A program made the position numbers and the translations under genes. 14,589 nt of DNA from Azolla caroliniana (lineage: Eukaryota > Plantae > Polypodiophyta): positions 1 to 14,589 of the forward strand of contig JBHGNT010000855.1 of assembly GCA_043228905.1 (NCBI GenBank). Reading direction: 5' to 3'. The notes below the pieces were generated by a model. It worked only from the letters and a program-made list of their open reading frames with translations, did no database searches and was not told where the DNA came from. Below, in pieces: positions 1-11,199 of this stretch (position 1 is the first letter of the stretch; each line of letters starts with the position of its first letter).

Positions 1-1361
1 AAAAAAGGAATATGCTCAAAGGAGTCTTGAAGCATTGACATACATAATATACCTTAGGTTTTTGCAGTTGTCTAGATGAAGAACCATATATTAGAAATGT
101 TGTACCAAGTGCGATTTTTGTTTGATATGGCTATCAATGAGAATGCTTCTAATGTTGAATTAGGAGTCTTTGGTATAGGACAAATAAAGTTATGCTCTTT
201 GCTAAAAAATAGTTCAATAAGATACGACCAATTATTTACACCAAGAAGTTGAATAAAAAGATGTTTTGCCGCTCAATTGCTTATTGAATTCATTCCTTAA
301 TGCTAATGTACAAACATCATTTCTTGAAAGGATGCGCTAGGGAAATTTTGATTTAATATCAAGTGTAGATATTTGATTATGTGTAAAATTTTATAGGCTT
401 GTCAATTCTAACTTGCACATGATTGGATTAGTCATCTAGAAAATGGGCCACGAAATAATGCAATATTTTTAAGATGCTAAATATTGAGAATCGCGACTAG
501 GGTTGTGCAAAGGGTTTATTTCTTCAACTATCAAGAAGAATCATTTTTTGTGAGCATCAAACGATCTCCATAAGGATAATGCATAAGCTCTTTTTGTTCT
601 CTCTTTCAAGAAAAAAGGCTAGTTAGGAGCAAAAATACTATTTTTATCCCGGACAATGCATACGTTTTTGGGTTTCTATAGTTCAAAAAAAAAAACTCTT
701 ATCATAAGCATTGAGGCATACCCTAGCCAATGTAATGCATGCAGTAATGCTATTTCTTTGGTGTTAGAAAAGAGTTTTAAATGAGCATCAATGCAATTCT
801 TTCCCGCGTAATGAACAAGGGTCTTCGCTCCTATAGTTTACGAAAGGGTTATATCACGTCATTAGTAACACAAGTTTCTTTTCTTGATTGTCTCATTCTA
901 GAAAGTGTTATCTGTGAGCACTGGGGCAACCACGACAAAGGATACACACACACGGTTTTCTATTTCTCGCATCATGAAAAAAGAGTTTTCCCATGGACAT
1001 CGGAGCAAAATATGGCCACGGTAACAATGATCCACATGTGTGTTTCCGCTTCTCTCGTTACAAAGAAGACATTTCCAATTACTAGGGTAAGGCACATGCT
1101 TATTCTTCTTCTTCTTCTCTGTCTTTGTCTGTCAGCCCTAAACAAGTTTGAGAGTTTGACTATCATACTTTCAGAAAATGCTCAGCCTTTCGATCATACA
1201 TCAACCATGCTTTCCACACATCTTCGACCAAAACCCGAGTCCTTTTGCACGAGTTCCTCTCACAAACCGCGAATGTGCACTCTCGATTTGCGACATTCAT
1301 CGGCAAAAAGTTCTCGAACATCGAGAGTCGCTACTCGCATTCGCCAATGTATGACAACATG
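1..1361 (+). mobile_element. Possible decayed 3' end of a hAT DNA transposon
   Basis: Positions 3-70 translate, with one frameshift, to KRNML..LEALTYIIYLRFL, resembling the hAT dimerisation-domain end. A CpG-rich tract at about 1220-1361 looks subterminal. No partner TIR or TSD is visible. Confidence 0.25.
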
Positions 1362-1422
1362 AAATCTAATACAGTTGGGTCTCATAGGTCATATATTTGA
1401 CATCCGAAGGCAATAACAGAAC

Positions 1423-1500
1423 CTATCTATCTATATGTCAGTAAGTCCATCTATCAATCAATCAATCAGTCTATCTATCTATCTATCTATCTATCTCTCT
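1423..1500. repeat. Compound (CTAT)n/(TCAA)n tetranucleotide microsatellite
   Basis: ctatctatctat ... tcaatcaatcaatcag tctatctatctatctatctatctatct. Confidence 0.9.
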
Positions 1501-1586
1501 TGGCTAGGGCAGAAAAAGTGAGGGAGGATACAAGTGACAGGAGAGCATCGACTCGTGCGCGTTCCGCCATTCTCCTGCTCTTGCTA

Positions 1587-1674
1587 GTGGGACCCCCCCC
1601 CCCTCAACACACACACAAGAGTTAAGTACATAGATACATATGTATGTAGTAGGAGGATATATAAAAGAGGCCCA
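1587..1674 (+). promoter_or_regulatory. Putative ACR12 core promoter: TCP site, TATA box and site II-like motif
   Basis: GTGGGACC (reverse of GGNCCCAC) at 1587-1594, TATATAAAAG at 1658-1667 (about 150 bp before the ATG) and GGCCCA at 1669-1674, followed by a pyrimidine-rich leader. Confidence 0.5.
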
Positions 1675-1732
1675 AAATGAAGAAGAAGTAGAGAAGAAGA
1701 GGCTGAGAGCCTAAGTATCTCTTTCTCTCTTT

Positions 1733-1771
1733 TTCTTCTTCTTCTTCTTCTTCTTCTTCTTCATCATCATC
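1733..1771. repeat. (TTC)10(ATC)3 microsatellite in the putative 5' UTR
   Basis: Read directly from the sequence. Confidence 0.9.
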
Positions 1772-1811
1772 TCTTGCCCTCTGCTCCTTTGGGAAGCTCA
1801 ACAAAGAAGCC

Positions 1812-2011
1812 ATGGCAGCCCTTACACAGATCTCATGCTCCTCCTCCTCCTCCTCTTCTTCTTCTTCTTCTTCCTCCTCCTCCTCCTCCTCCCTGGCAGG
1901 TCTGCTGATCGCCCATCGTTTCCAGAATGCCTCCAAACCCTTTTCATCCCTCTATCCGAACTCGCCCAGAAGAAATCCAATTAATAAAGTCAATGTATTT
2001 TCCACATCCAG
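1812..2011 (+). CDS. ACR12: ACR12 exon 1 (Ser-rich plastid transit peptide)
   Basis: GCCATGGCA start context. MAALTQISC(S18)LAG... has no acidic residues. Donor CAG|GTATGA, phase 2. Confidence 0.82.
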
Positions 2012-5000
2012 GTATGATCTCTGCATCTGAACCTCTTCTTCTTTTTGAGCCTCTTTTTTTATATGCTTTCTTGCTCTGTCTTTGTTCGTTCTGTGTTAAA
2101 ACTTCTTTATTTAGTCTTCCTGTGCTCTGATTCCTGGATAGTGTGTATTTCTAGTATAGTGATCGCTTTAAGCACCGCACGCAAGCATGCTGAGAAGAAT
2201 TGGCATGTCCAAGGGGATTAAGAGAAAGAGACATTATCATTATCACAAGAGAGAGAAAGATTTAGTTCATCCATCATGATTAGAAAATTCCCCATTCTTT
2301 TCTTCATCTTATGTTCCTTGAACATTTCCTTCCATATTTTATGTTCCATGATTCATGGATGATCTGAAAAACAAACAAATAAAAAGAAATACAAAATAAA
2401 ATGAAAATAACCCATAAGAGATAGGATTATACTTTCACAGACCTCTACTCAGAATATTGTGTGTGCAGTGGAAATCGTCATGTACTCATATTGCATTGGA
2501 GTGGAAGGTCTCAGTGCTGGAGAAACCAATCCTTGCCTAAAAAGTTATACAGAAACAAATCCTTAAGTTTAAAAGTAGTTTTTTTTTTTTTCAATTTTTA
2601 ATGGAAAATTCTAGGAGATTTGAATTCATCTCCCTTGTAATTCTAGCAATTGAAAAGTTATCCTCAAAATTTCCTAATGCAAATTACACTAAGAATTAGA
2701 GTTTTTTCGGAAATTGTGAAGGCATTCTTATGCATTGCCTGTGCGATGAGACGGTCTGTTGTGATACAATTGCAATATATTTGGAAAGTTTTTTGTAGAA
2801 GTGAAGAAATTAGAAGTACACTATGGGGAAATTTTTTTCCTGTTTTCATTTTCTTCTGGGAAGTTCTTGTCAAGGACAAGAATGTGAGGGTAATGTAGTG
2901 TACACCTGTTAATTATTTATTTGCTTTTTTTGTGTATGGTCCATATAAATTGAAATGACATATTTGATTATTTAATACTCCGCCTTCAACTTTTTCCTGC
3001 ATTGTTTCTGAGGCTTGCTTTGCAACTCGATATGATTGTTCTCTCTTGATATGATTACAAATGAGTTTCTTAGACAGTGCAGCACATTGTGACTTGTACA
3101 TCTTGTTCTCAAGCAATCTTGAGATCTAGGAGAGTGTCTTTGACCATATTTGGATTCATCAAGTCATTTATTTTTGATACGTGAGTAGATTGTGGATTGA
3201 TAGTCGTATCATTTTGCACACACACACCATTGAATCCCTACAGAATTGCATGCATGGGCATGGGGGGATGAAATATTGTTGAATTGTTCTTTTCGGAGTA
3301 TATATATACTTGACTTATATAAACTTCTCTCTCAGATGATTATCTGATTTGCATAGATAAATACTAATTGCCCCTTCCATGATCTAAGGCGGCACTTGGG
3401 TTCAATGCATTGCTTTAGCATTGTCTATGATTATGCATGCATGGGTATTCTTTTCGAGCCTGAACCAGTTATGTCTTTCCATGCATGGAGTAGCTGTGTA
3501 TGGAAGTAAGGAGCAAGTTTGCTGGCTAGCAAGGTAAACAACATGGTTCTCACATTTGTTTTTGGAGGGCGGGGATACCTTAGAACATCTTTGCTTTTTA
3601 TTGCAGACTGAGTGAAAGTGAAAACCAGAAAGTAAGCTGAAATAGATGTAAAAAACAGTCAATGATATCTGAATGATGACTCAAACAGAGGGGGAACTGT
3701 CAACAACTTGTTACTGTTTCTTTTGATAAATAATATTTCCTTTTGCCATGTTTTGGCACTGTCTTTATGACACATATACAGTGTAACTTATGCAATTGCC
3801 AATTTATCCTTGCCATTGTATCTGCTTCTCTCTTAGTTGCAACCAATATTGACCACTCCTTTGGATGCATTGATACTAATAACCTTGTGGTTTACCGTTA
3901 TCATGGATCTTTGCCTTGCTGGATGTAAGGCAATGGTGGCTGAGCCAATGTGACTACCTGTGATAGTCCTACTATTTTGTTTTATCCCATTTATTTCCAA
4001 TGTTACAATACTATTGGACAGTGTTTTACATGTCTTCTATTTGGTCTTTGTTGATTATTTATTCAGACAAACAGATAACGGGGCTCAGTTTGCTATCAAA
4101 TTCTGTAAACTGGACTATTGAAGTCCCCTTCTGGGTGATGAATCATTAAACAACCATTTATGCCTTTAACAGGTTGATCTGTCATGCTGCAAACAACTTT
4201 ATCAGTGGAAGTAAATCTACAATAGTGGTATTTTACTTTTTTATTATTGTACAATTATAATTTTTTGTCAAATTTTATAGTTCAGCTCAGATATTTCTCA
4301 TTTTTGTGCTATAATCAGAATTGGAAATCCATGCATATTGATTTCATAAAGTTGAGATGTAAGGTAATGGTGGATGGCTGAATTATCCCAGGATCATGAT
4401 GATAGTGTTCCGGTGCCAATTGTGTTGATTGATCAAGACTCTGATACTAATGCCACAGTTGTTGAATTGAGCTTTGGTGATCGTCTTGGAGCTCTTCTTG
4501 ATACAGTTCTGTATCACGCTTTTGATCCTCTATTTTTACTAATGATTCATTTTGAATTTACAAATGAATGAAATGGTAATATTTCCTGTCTTGTATGCAT
4601 GATATGCAGATGAAGGCTTTGAAAGAGCTTGGTCTTGATGTGTTGAAAGGAAGTGTCACGAAAGAAGATGGAGTGATCAGAACCAAATTTTTCATTACAA
4701 GATCGTATGTATCTTGAAATTTGCTTTGAACTTGAAATTACTTATTGATATGGAAGTTAAAATTACTCTTTGAGACATATATGAGTATATGGATTTCTTA
4801 TCAATGGCCATATTATAGTTTCTTCTCAACCTTCACACACATTATTTAATACGACACGTATTTTCCAGCAATCTCCGGTTTGTAGGAATTGGTTACGATA
4901 TATCCTTTGTAATTCGACACACTTTGGGGTTCTGAGCACTGCATACCCTGCTCGGGATGTTCTAGGTTCTGATTTTTGTTTTATATGCCTAGATATACAA

Positions 5001-7916
5001 TGAAAATGATGTAAGACATACAAATATTTATGTATTTCAAGGCACAGAAATATTGCTATATAGGTAGGAATACTGTTTGTTTCATGATTTGTTTTCTTGA
5101 TTTTCAATACATGCACAATACACTTAGCATGCTAACCTGTGTTATTGTTAATGTGGAACACGCAAAATAATTTTGTGGATCTAGCTAGTAGCTGCATGAG
5201 CATGCTAAAATATGCATTTTTGCATATATGTTGATTTATCACAGACAAGTGTTGACTCGTCTTTTCTGTAGTGACACAGGAAGGAAAATTGAAAGCCCAG
5301 AATTGATAGAGGCAGTGCGGCTCACCATTATTAGAAATCTTCTCAAGTACCATCCAGTAAGTCTTTGGATAGAGGTTTTTTCTTTCTGCATTGTCTTCGT
5401 CATTATTATATTTATGCCTGCAGAAGCTTTGCAAACATGCTGGAAGTGGTTTATGATAGTTTAATCCTGTGAGTGTTGAACTTATGCATGATAAGGAGCT
5501 TGTATTTTTTATGATATTATCAAAGTCTTTACATAGTCTTTTAGTCTCTAATAGGGAGTACAGAAGTTTTAGTGCAAATAAGTGTATAGAAATAATAGGA
5601 ACGTCTAATTAAAAGAATGGATTGTGGTTACTGTAGTTGAAGAGCTATCCAATGATTCTCTTTCCAAATTTGATGTCTGCTCACCATGATTGTTAGCATG
5701 TGTGAATTTCCTTTGTTATTTTTTGACATTCATTGCTATTGAAGTGTAACAGGTTTTCCATATTGAAGTTTGATAGTATGGGGATGTATGATATTTTGGG
5801 ACTCAATCATGATTTGTACATGATGCTGTTCTCACAAAGAGGAAACTAGAGAGAGACGGGATTGTAGAATATAGCCAATATAACATTGTGCAAAGAAAAT
5901 CTAACATTTTATACCTTAATGAGAAATTTGACGAACATCTAGTTACAAACTAGAATCAACTCACAAAATAGGAAATCACACTAGAAATCGGAGTTTAGCT
6001 CAGCCTTGGCCAGTAGAGTGTGGTTTCCTATGTGTTTGTGTGATTGCCATGTATGGTGTGCAATCATCTTGCTACTTTCACGATCTATGTTGCATACTAA
6101 ATAACTTTCTTGGGGGAGAAGTACCAGTTGTATAAGAGCCCAACCCTCAAGACACTCTTTTCTTATGTGGGCTGATATCTTCATTTGCCCCAGATGACCG
6201 CCATAGAGAATTACCTTCGCTTTTGTTTGCAGCATTACGCTGTGTATCTTGAAGAGCCGATGTGCCTTGTGCCTCAAGAGGAGTTTTGCTATGTAGACGA
6301 ACTGTCACAAGGATGCAATACCTGACGGGAGAATTGACCTTCACCTGAAACAGTTTTGCTATCTTATTTCGCCTTAACCTCTTAACCACAATCCTAATTT
6401 CTGTTTGGTTTCATGAAGGTTTGATACTTAAAGTTTTAATCCACAGATTACATAATTGGTCACCATTATTGATGCATTAATTCAGGGAGGAATCAGCATG
6501 TTCTAAATAAGTCTTCTAGAGAGCACAGTGTAAACTATATTAAGTGTTTTGGTCCCGAAGTATAGATGTCTATCTCTAGGCAAATTTGTGATATTATTCG
6601 CTTGTTTATAATTCAGGAGTCAAGTGAAAGACTTGCTATGGGAGAAGCTTGGGGAATCAAGGCACCTGAGAAGAAAGTAAGTTCTCAAGTCCTCGTGAAC
6701 TTTCAGAATGAATATACACATGATGTATGTTTTAAGGATACGCTTATTTTCTTCTTGTTTGAATCTTAATTGGGTTTGTCGGCTCACAGTGATTTTTTTA
6801 TTAATTATTATTGTCGATTTGGAGTTTATGTAATGTATCATGAAGTTCATTCACCTTGTAATTGTGCCATGCAGATTGATGTGGATGTAGCAACACACAT
6901 AAAAATTACTGAGGATGGACCCAAAAGAAGGTTCTGTCTCACTGCTAAATTTTGTTTGATATGCCATGGTTTTGTTGTGATCAACACATCTAAATCTTTC
7001 TTCGCCAAAAAACTTAATTAGCAAGAAGTTAATTATTCAGTAAGTTAATGTGTATGTAGATATGTATATTCGTCTCTAGTAATCTCTTGGAAACTTGCAT
7101 TGCCTTCGTTGTTTCCAGAAGGTTCTTCTAGAGAGCTTTGTTTTATGTATTGTATCAAGATAGATTCAAAGATGTGATGAACTGTGAAATTTAGAGATTG
7201 TGTTAATTTGAGAAGTTGCCATTTTCTCTAGAATTCAGCTGTTGCCTGTTTTAAAATATGCTGGTGCCTTGGATAAAGCATACACATTTATAGCTGAATT
7301 TGTTGATTGATTGATTTTGTTTACTGATCGATAAATCATTTGATGCCACAGCTTGCTGTCTATTGAGACTGCAGATAAGCCTGGTCTTTTGATGGAAGTA
7401 GTCCAGATAGTTAATGATATCAATGTTGATGTCGAATCAGCTGAAATAGATACCGAGGTTTGATATCATTATCAAATATATTATTATCTTCAAGGTGTTT
7501 TCATTTTAATGAGCCATGAAGGTGGGAGTTGAACTCTCGACCTTTTGGCTTGTAGGGCAAGGTTTTCAATCATTTATTTAGAAAAATGAATATTAAAAAA
7601 AATATGAGTCCGCTCATTGTATGTTTTGGAGTTCACATACGCTCATATCGTATGTAATGCTTGGCAGGGTTTGGTTGCAAAAGACAAGCTTCATGTCAGT
7701 TACCATGGCCAGGCACTTAACAAGTCAATGGCTGAGGTTTGTTTGCAAACGAAAATATTTGAATGTTTTTATGATGGATTGGTTTTACCACTTCAGCAAA
7801 AAATTCCTAAGAAGAGAGATTTAATTTCTTGGTATCTTCTCGATATGGTGTAGGTGCTCACTAACTGTTTGCGTTACCACCTCCGCCGGCCCATAACGGA
7901 TGACGAGAGCTATTAA
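1812..7916 (+). CDS. ACR12: ACT domain repeat protein ACR12/DS12-like, chloroplastic; 10 exons, 300 aa
   Basis: Exons 1812-2011, 4173-4227, 4392-4505, 4610-4704, 5272-5356, 6617-6676, 6875-6930, 7352-7457, 7668-7736 and 7854-7916 join in frame through GT-AG introns (903 nt). Recognisable ACR11/12 motifs: [92 protein letters not shown]-terminus [17 protein letters not shown] is ACR12-like rather than ACR11-like. Confidence 0.93.
1839..1892 (+). repeat. Coding (TCC)5(TCT)6(TCC)7 repeat encoding 18 Ser
   Basis: Read directly, in frame with the ATG at 1812. Confidence 0.92.
4173..4227 (+). CDS. ACR12: ACR12 exon 2 ([19 protein letters not shown])
   Basis: Acceptor tttaacag|, donor GTG|gtattt. 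Its phases (2 in, 0 out) bridge exon 1 to exon 3. ICHA resembles a transit-peptide cleavage region. Confidence 0.68.
4392..4505 (+). CDS. ACR12: ACR12 exon 3
   Basis: cccag|[38 protein letters not shown]|gttctg. Confidence 0.9.
4610..4704 (+). CDS. ACR12: ACR12 exon 4
   Basis: tgcag|[31 protein letters not shown](S)|gtatgt. Confidence 0.92.
5272..5356 (+). CDS. ACR12: ACR12 exon 5
   Basis: tgtag|[28 protein letters not shown]|gtaagt. Confidence 0.93.
6617..6676 (+). CDS. ACR12: ACR12 exon 6
   Basis: ttcag|[20 protein letters not shown]|gtaagt. Confidence 0.93.
6875..6930 (+). CDS. ACR12: ACR12 exon 7
   Basis: tgcag|[18 protein letters not shown](S)|gttctg. Confidence 0.92.
7352..7457 (+). 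CDS. ACR12: ACR12 exon 8
   Basis: cacag|[35 protein letters not shown]|gtttga. Confidence 0.93.
7668..7736 (+). CDS. ACR12: ACR12 exon 9
   Basis: ggcag|[23 protein letters not shown]|gtttgt. Confidence 0.93.
7854..7916 (+). CDS. ACR12: ACR12 exon 10 (terminal)
   Basis: tgtag|[23 protein letters not shown]. Confidence 0.93.
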   Translation: MLTNCLRYHLRRPITDDESY

Positions 7917-9626
7917 TCTATTTTTTGCGAAATATGCAAGGAGAGCACAATCGCTCTTGAAAAATCTCTATTATCCATCTTTGCTGAATATGATGCAGAG
8001 GTGTTTGATTGTGTCTTTCTCTTCATTTTGTTTATATTTTTCTTGTATAACCGATGTTGTTCATAAAGTCTCAACATAGATGCAGGTAGTTTCCAATGAA
8101 ATCATTGCTTTTAAAACTCTGATGTTGGCTATGTTTATATAATACTTGAATAATATGATGAATGATGCAGCATAGCCACTTTCTAAAAGAAATATGTATG
8201 CATACATATAATGCTCATTTTTCTAGTTTGTAAAATTATCACCAAAATTTGAGCCCTCAGGACAAATGGCGTATGTGCATTTTTCTCGTGATACCTTTAC
8301 ATGCAATATTCTGTTGATGTCTCTTTATTATTCTATAGACATGTGGTGGTACAAATGGACAGATCGAAGTATATGAAACAGATAACCTTTAAGAATGCTT
8401 ATGGTTTTGCATGTTGCAAATATAGGGCAAGACCAAATTGAGTCCGATGCTACATCTACTGAAGAACAAATTGTAGGGTCAAGTTTGCATTTCTTAAGAT
8501 ATGATGGTTTTTACTTGTTCATTGTTAGCGAAAGAAACAAGTTTGCACGGGTAGAATTTAGAAACATTTGAAAATATGGACATATTCAACATTGTGTAGA
8601 CAAAATTTATGTGTTGAAAATGTTGTTTAAGTTTTGGTAGGTTTGGAACAAACTGATTTAGTAGATATTAAAAAGCACTGAACTAGGACAATAAGCAAAA
8701 ACACATGGAGAAATGAAGACTTGAGAATGACATATATATATATATAGGGAAGAGTACAACTTGAAAAAAATCACAATTTTTTTGCTAAACTCAATGTTCA
8801 CTTTTCTTGAAGTCACAAGCAAAACCTTGAACTCTTTAGAAGTCTCACAACCTTTGACCTTAAGCATGTCCTTGATGGATTTGATTTAACGATAGGCTAT
8901 GCATGCAACACCTATCCTCATTGTTCTAATTCCACTTCAATACGAGATGTGATATTGAAGGAAAATTTATTGAGTAAAGGGTAGACAAACCTAAACCTAG
9001 GGAAGAGATAAACAAAGTCCAAGCTTAGATTAACCATATTCCTTAGGAGTGACACAAGGATTTCCCCAGAGGTTAGGTATTGAATGGAATTTTAGAAAAT
9101 AAACACTCTATCACCCTTCATGTTATGCATGCATAACATAGGTGAGCGGAGGTCACTAATATCTACATACGTGTAGGGTATGTTCATTAATGTTTAAAAG
9201 AGAATAATGTCATTGGATTGAAGGAATGATAGGTGCACTTGATAACCAATAAATGGAGATTCTTTTAGAAAGGCACATCCATTCAAGGGTCCTAGGAAGA
9301 GGTGTGTGCATGCTTGGACCACAAGGATCTTAGACCAAAGAGGATGGTAAGGTTAGGAGGACTTGAAAAAATGGGGTCTAAATGATCTAGGAGTAAAAAG
9401 ACTCGAGTGTCAAAAAGGTGTCAAAAGGGAGGTGTATGTTGAAGAAACAAAGATGTTGATGGTAGGAGTATGTGCAAGAAATGAATAAGTCGAAGGGAGG
9501 AGTATATCAAAGAAATGTTGTCGTGAATGATTCCGGCCAAGAGAGCTTTGAGAAGCAAAGAAAGACACTCACAACCGCAAAGGGTTAAGTGCCGTGCAAG
9601 ACGAGATGGTTTCCCTACATGAGAAC

Positions 9627-10083
9627 TGTGAATGTTAATGTGCGGAAGCATCAGACAGAACCGGCTCAGTCAGATAGCAACAGAAAATGAGATGAAGGTT
9701 TAATGGAAAAGCTTAAAACACAAAGGAGACAAAGAGAGCAGAACATAAAACTATATTAAAAAATTAACTCTAAAACTCTATACATACAACGTGCTAAACA
9801 ACACTATTTATACAAGTCCATAAAGGACTGACAAAAGTACTAACAAGTACTTCAATGATCACACGTGCGACTGACACTAACTGCGAGACAATGATTACCT
9901 AGTAGTCTAGGCTACTACTAGGCTTCCACTTCCCGCTCGAATCCGGCTCTCTGATCCGGCTCCCGATCGGGCCGGTTGTTTTCGGATACCATCCGGATAC
10001 CGATCCAGCTCATCCTTCCGGATGCCCATCCGGCTCAGGCTTATTCAGTCGATTCGGATCCGGCTAAGCTTGCTCGTTCAACA
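9627..10083 (-). mobile_element. Ty1/copia 3' LTR, copy A (457 bp, minus strand)
   Basis: The minus strand reads TGTTGA...TTCACA, is preceded by the PPT TTGAGGGGGAG (10094-10084) and contains TATAAATA. It aligns with 12991-13386. Confidence 0.9.
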
Positions 10084-10150
10084 CTCCCCCTCAAGCTCAA
10101 CTTGAGGTCGAATCGTGGTGTTTGTCCTCGGCAACCGGTTCTTCTACCCG

Positions 10151-10735
10151 GCACACGTGGATCTACCTCATCGAGAGGAAGAGTGAAGTCTTCGAGTGTT
10201 TTCGGAACCTTCAAAGCTTGGTTGAACGAGAAACAGAGAGGAAGATCAAGTGCCTGTGGTCGGATGGCGGGAAGGAATACTTTTCCGGTCAATTCAACAG
10301 TTATCTGCAGTAGAATGGAATTCGGAGAGAATTCAGATGCAGGTACACACCGGAGCAAAACGGTGTGGCCGAAAGGAAGAACCGGTCGATTGTCGACGCA
10401 GCAAGGGCAATGCTGGAGGAGAAGAGCATGCCCTATTTCTACCAGGCCAAGGCGGTCCGAACGGCCGTCTACATCCAAAACCGGATCGGTGACAAGGTGT
10501 CAACACATGAGCTGTATTTCGGGCGAAAGCTTAATTTGAGACACCTTCGGATATTCGGTAGCATAGCATTTGTGCATGTACCAGATGAGAAGCGGAGGAA
10601 GCTGAATCTGAAGTCAGAGAAGTGCATTCTAGTCGATTACTGGCATGAGCAAAAGGGGTAAGTGTTATAATCCCCGGACTAAGCAGGTCTGAGTAAGCCG
10701 AGATGTCGAGTTTGATGAGACGGCATCATGGTACT
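10151..10735 (+). pseudogene. Ty1/copia integrase core and C-terminal region, 5'-truncated, with stops and a frameshift
   Basis: RHTWIYLIERKSEVF...IKCLWSDGGKEY...YTPEQNGVAERKNRSIVDAARAML...LRIFGSIAFVHVPDEKRRKL..KSEKCI..QKG, then VSRDVEFDE. Stop at 10311-10313. Confidence 0.93.
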
Positions 10736-11199
10736 CCTTACCGACTCCAACTCCTGACGAAGACCCGATTCCGAAAGATGAGGCTAGTGAGCCCGAGGAG
10801 GTCCAGGTAGAAGTTGAAGACTTCGGCACTCTAGAAGAGAGTCTGATCTCATTCCGGCTGAGTTGGGATGACCAGTCGGATGAGGAACTGGCGAGTAGTG
10901 GAGACTCTAACGTACTCTCCCCGCACAAGGAACCGAGGAGACAGTTCACACGCAAAGAGAAGGGGAAGAAGATGTCGAAATACGAAACTAGCAACATTGA
11001 GTCGGATCGGAGCGAATCCGACTCCGGAAAGGATGAAGGCGGATCTTCGGGAACGAAGTCCGACCTGGCCAAGAAGGGCCCTAAACCGGGTAATACCAAG
11101 TTATGCCGGTCTTCCCACCTGAAGAACCCCGTTGCGCGGTACGGGTACAATGAGTACATGGCGCATCATTATGCATTCATGACTAAGGTGGCGGAAGTG

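Noticed and set aside
781-1362. 193 aa ORF on the + strand
   Set aside because: No recognisable motif or splice structure. Composition reflects low-complexity intergenic or TE-derived DNA.
1622-1936. Minus-strand poly-Glu ORF
   Set aside because: It is only the antisense reading of the TTC/TCC microsatellites.
4374-4571. ATG at 4374 as the gene start
   Set aside because: It lies in the intron 18 nt before a good acceptor, and upstream exons supply an in-frame transit peptide. An alternative short isoform cannot be excluded.
7174-7327. Box C (GTGATGA) and CTGA motifs in intron 7 as a snoRNA
   Set aside because: No terminal stem or recognisable rRNA guide. Such motifs are expected by chance.
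8900-9626. Possible decayed LINE or other TE on the minus strand
   Set aside because: Strand skew only. I found no diagnostic motif in the frames I translated.
9627-10150. Amplification or assembly fold-back artefact
   Set aside because: The arms differ by about 8% plus two indels, unlike an artefactual copy. A misjoin of two loci still needs read-level checking.
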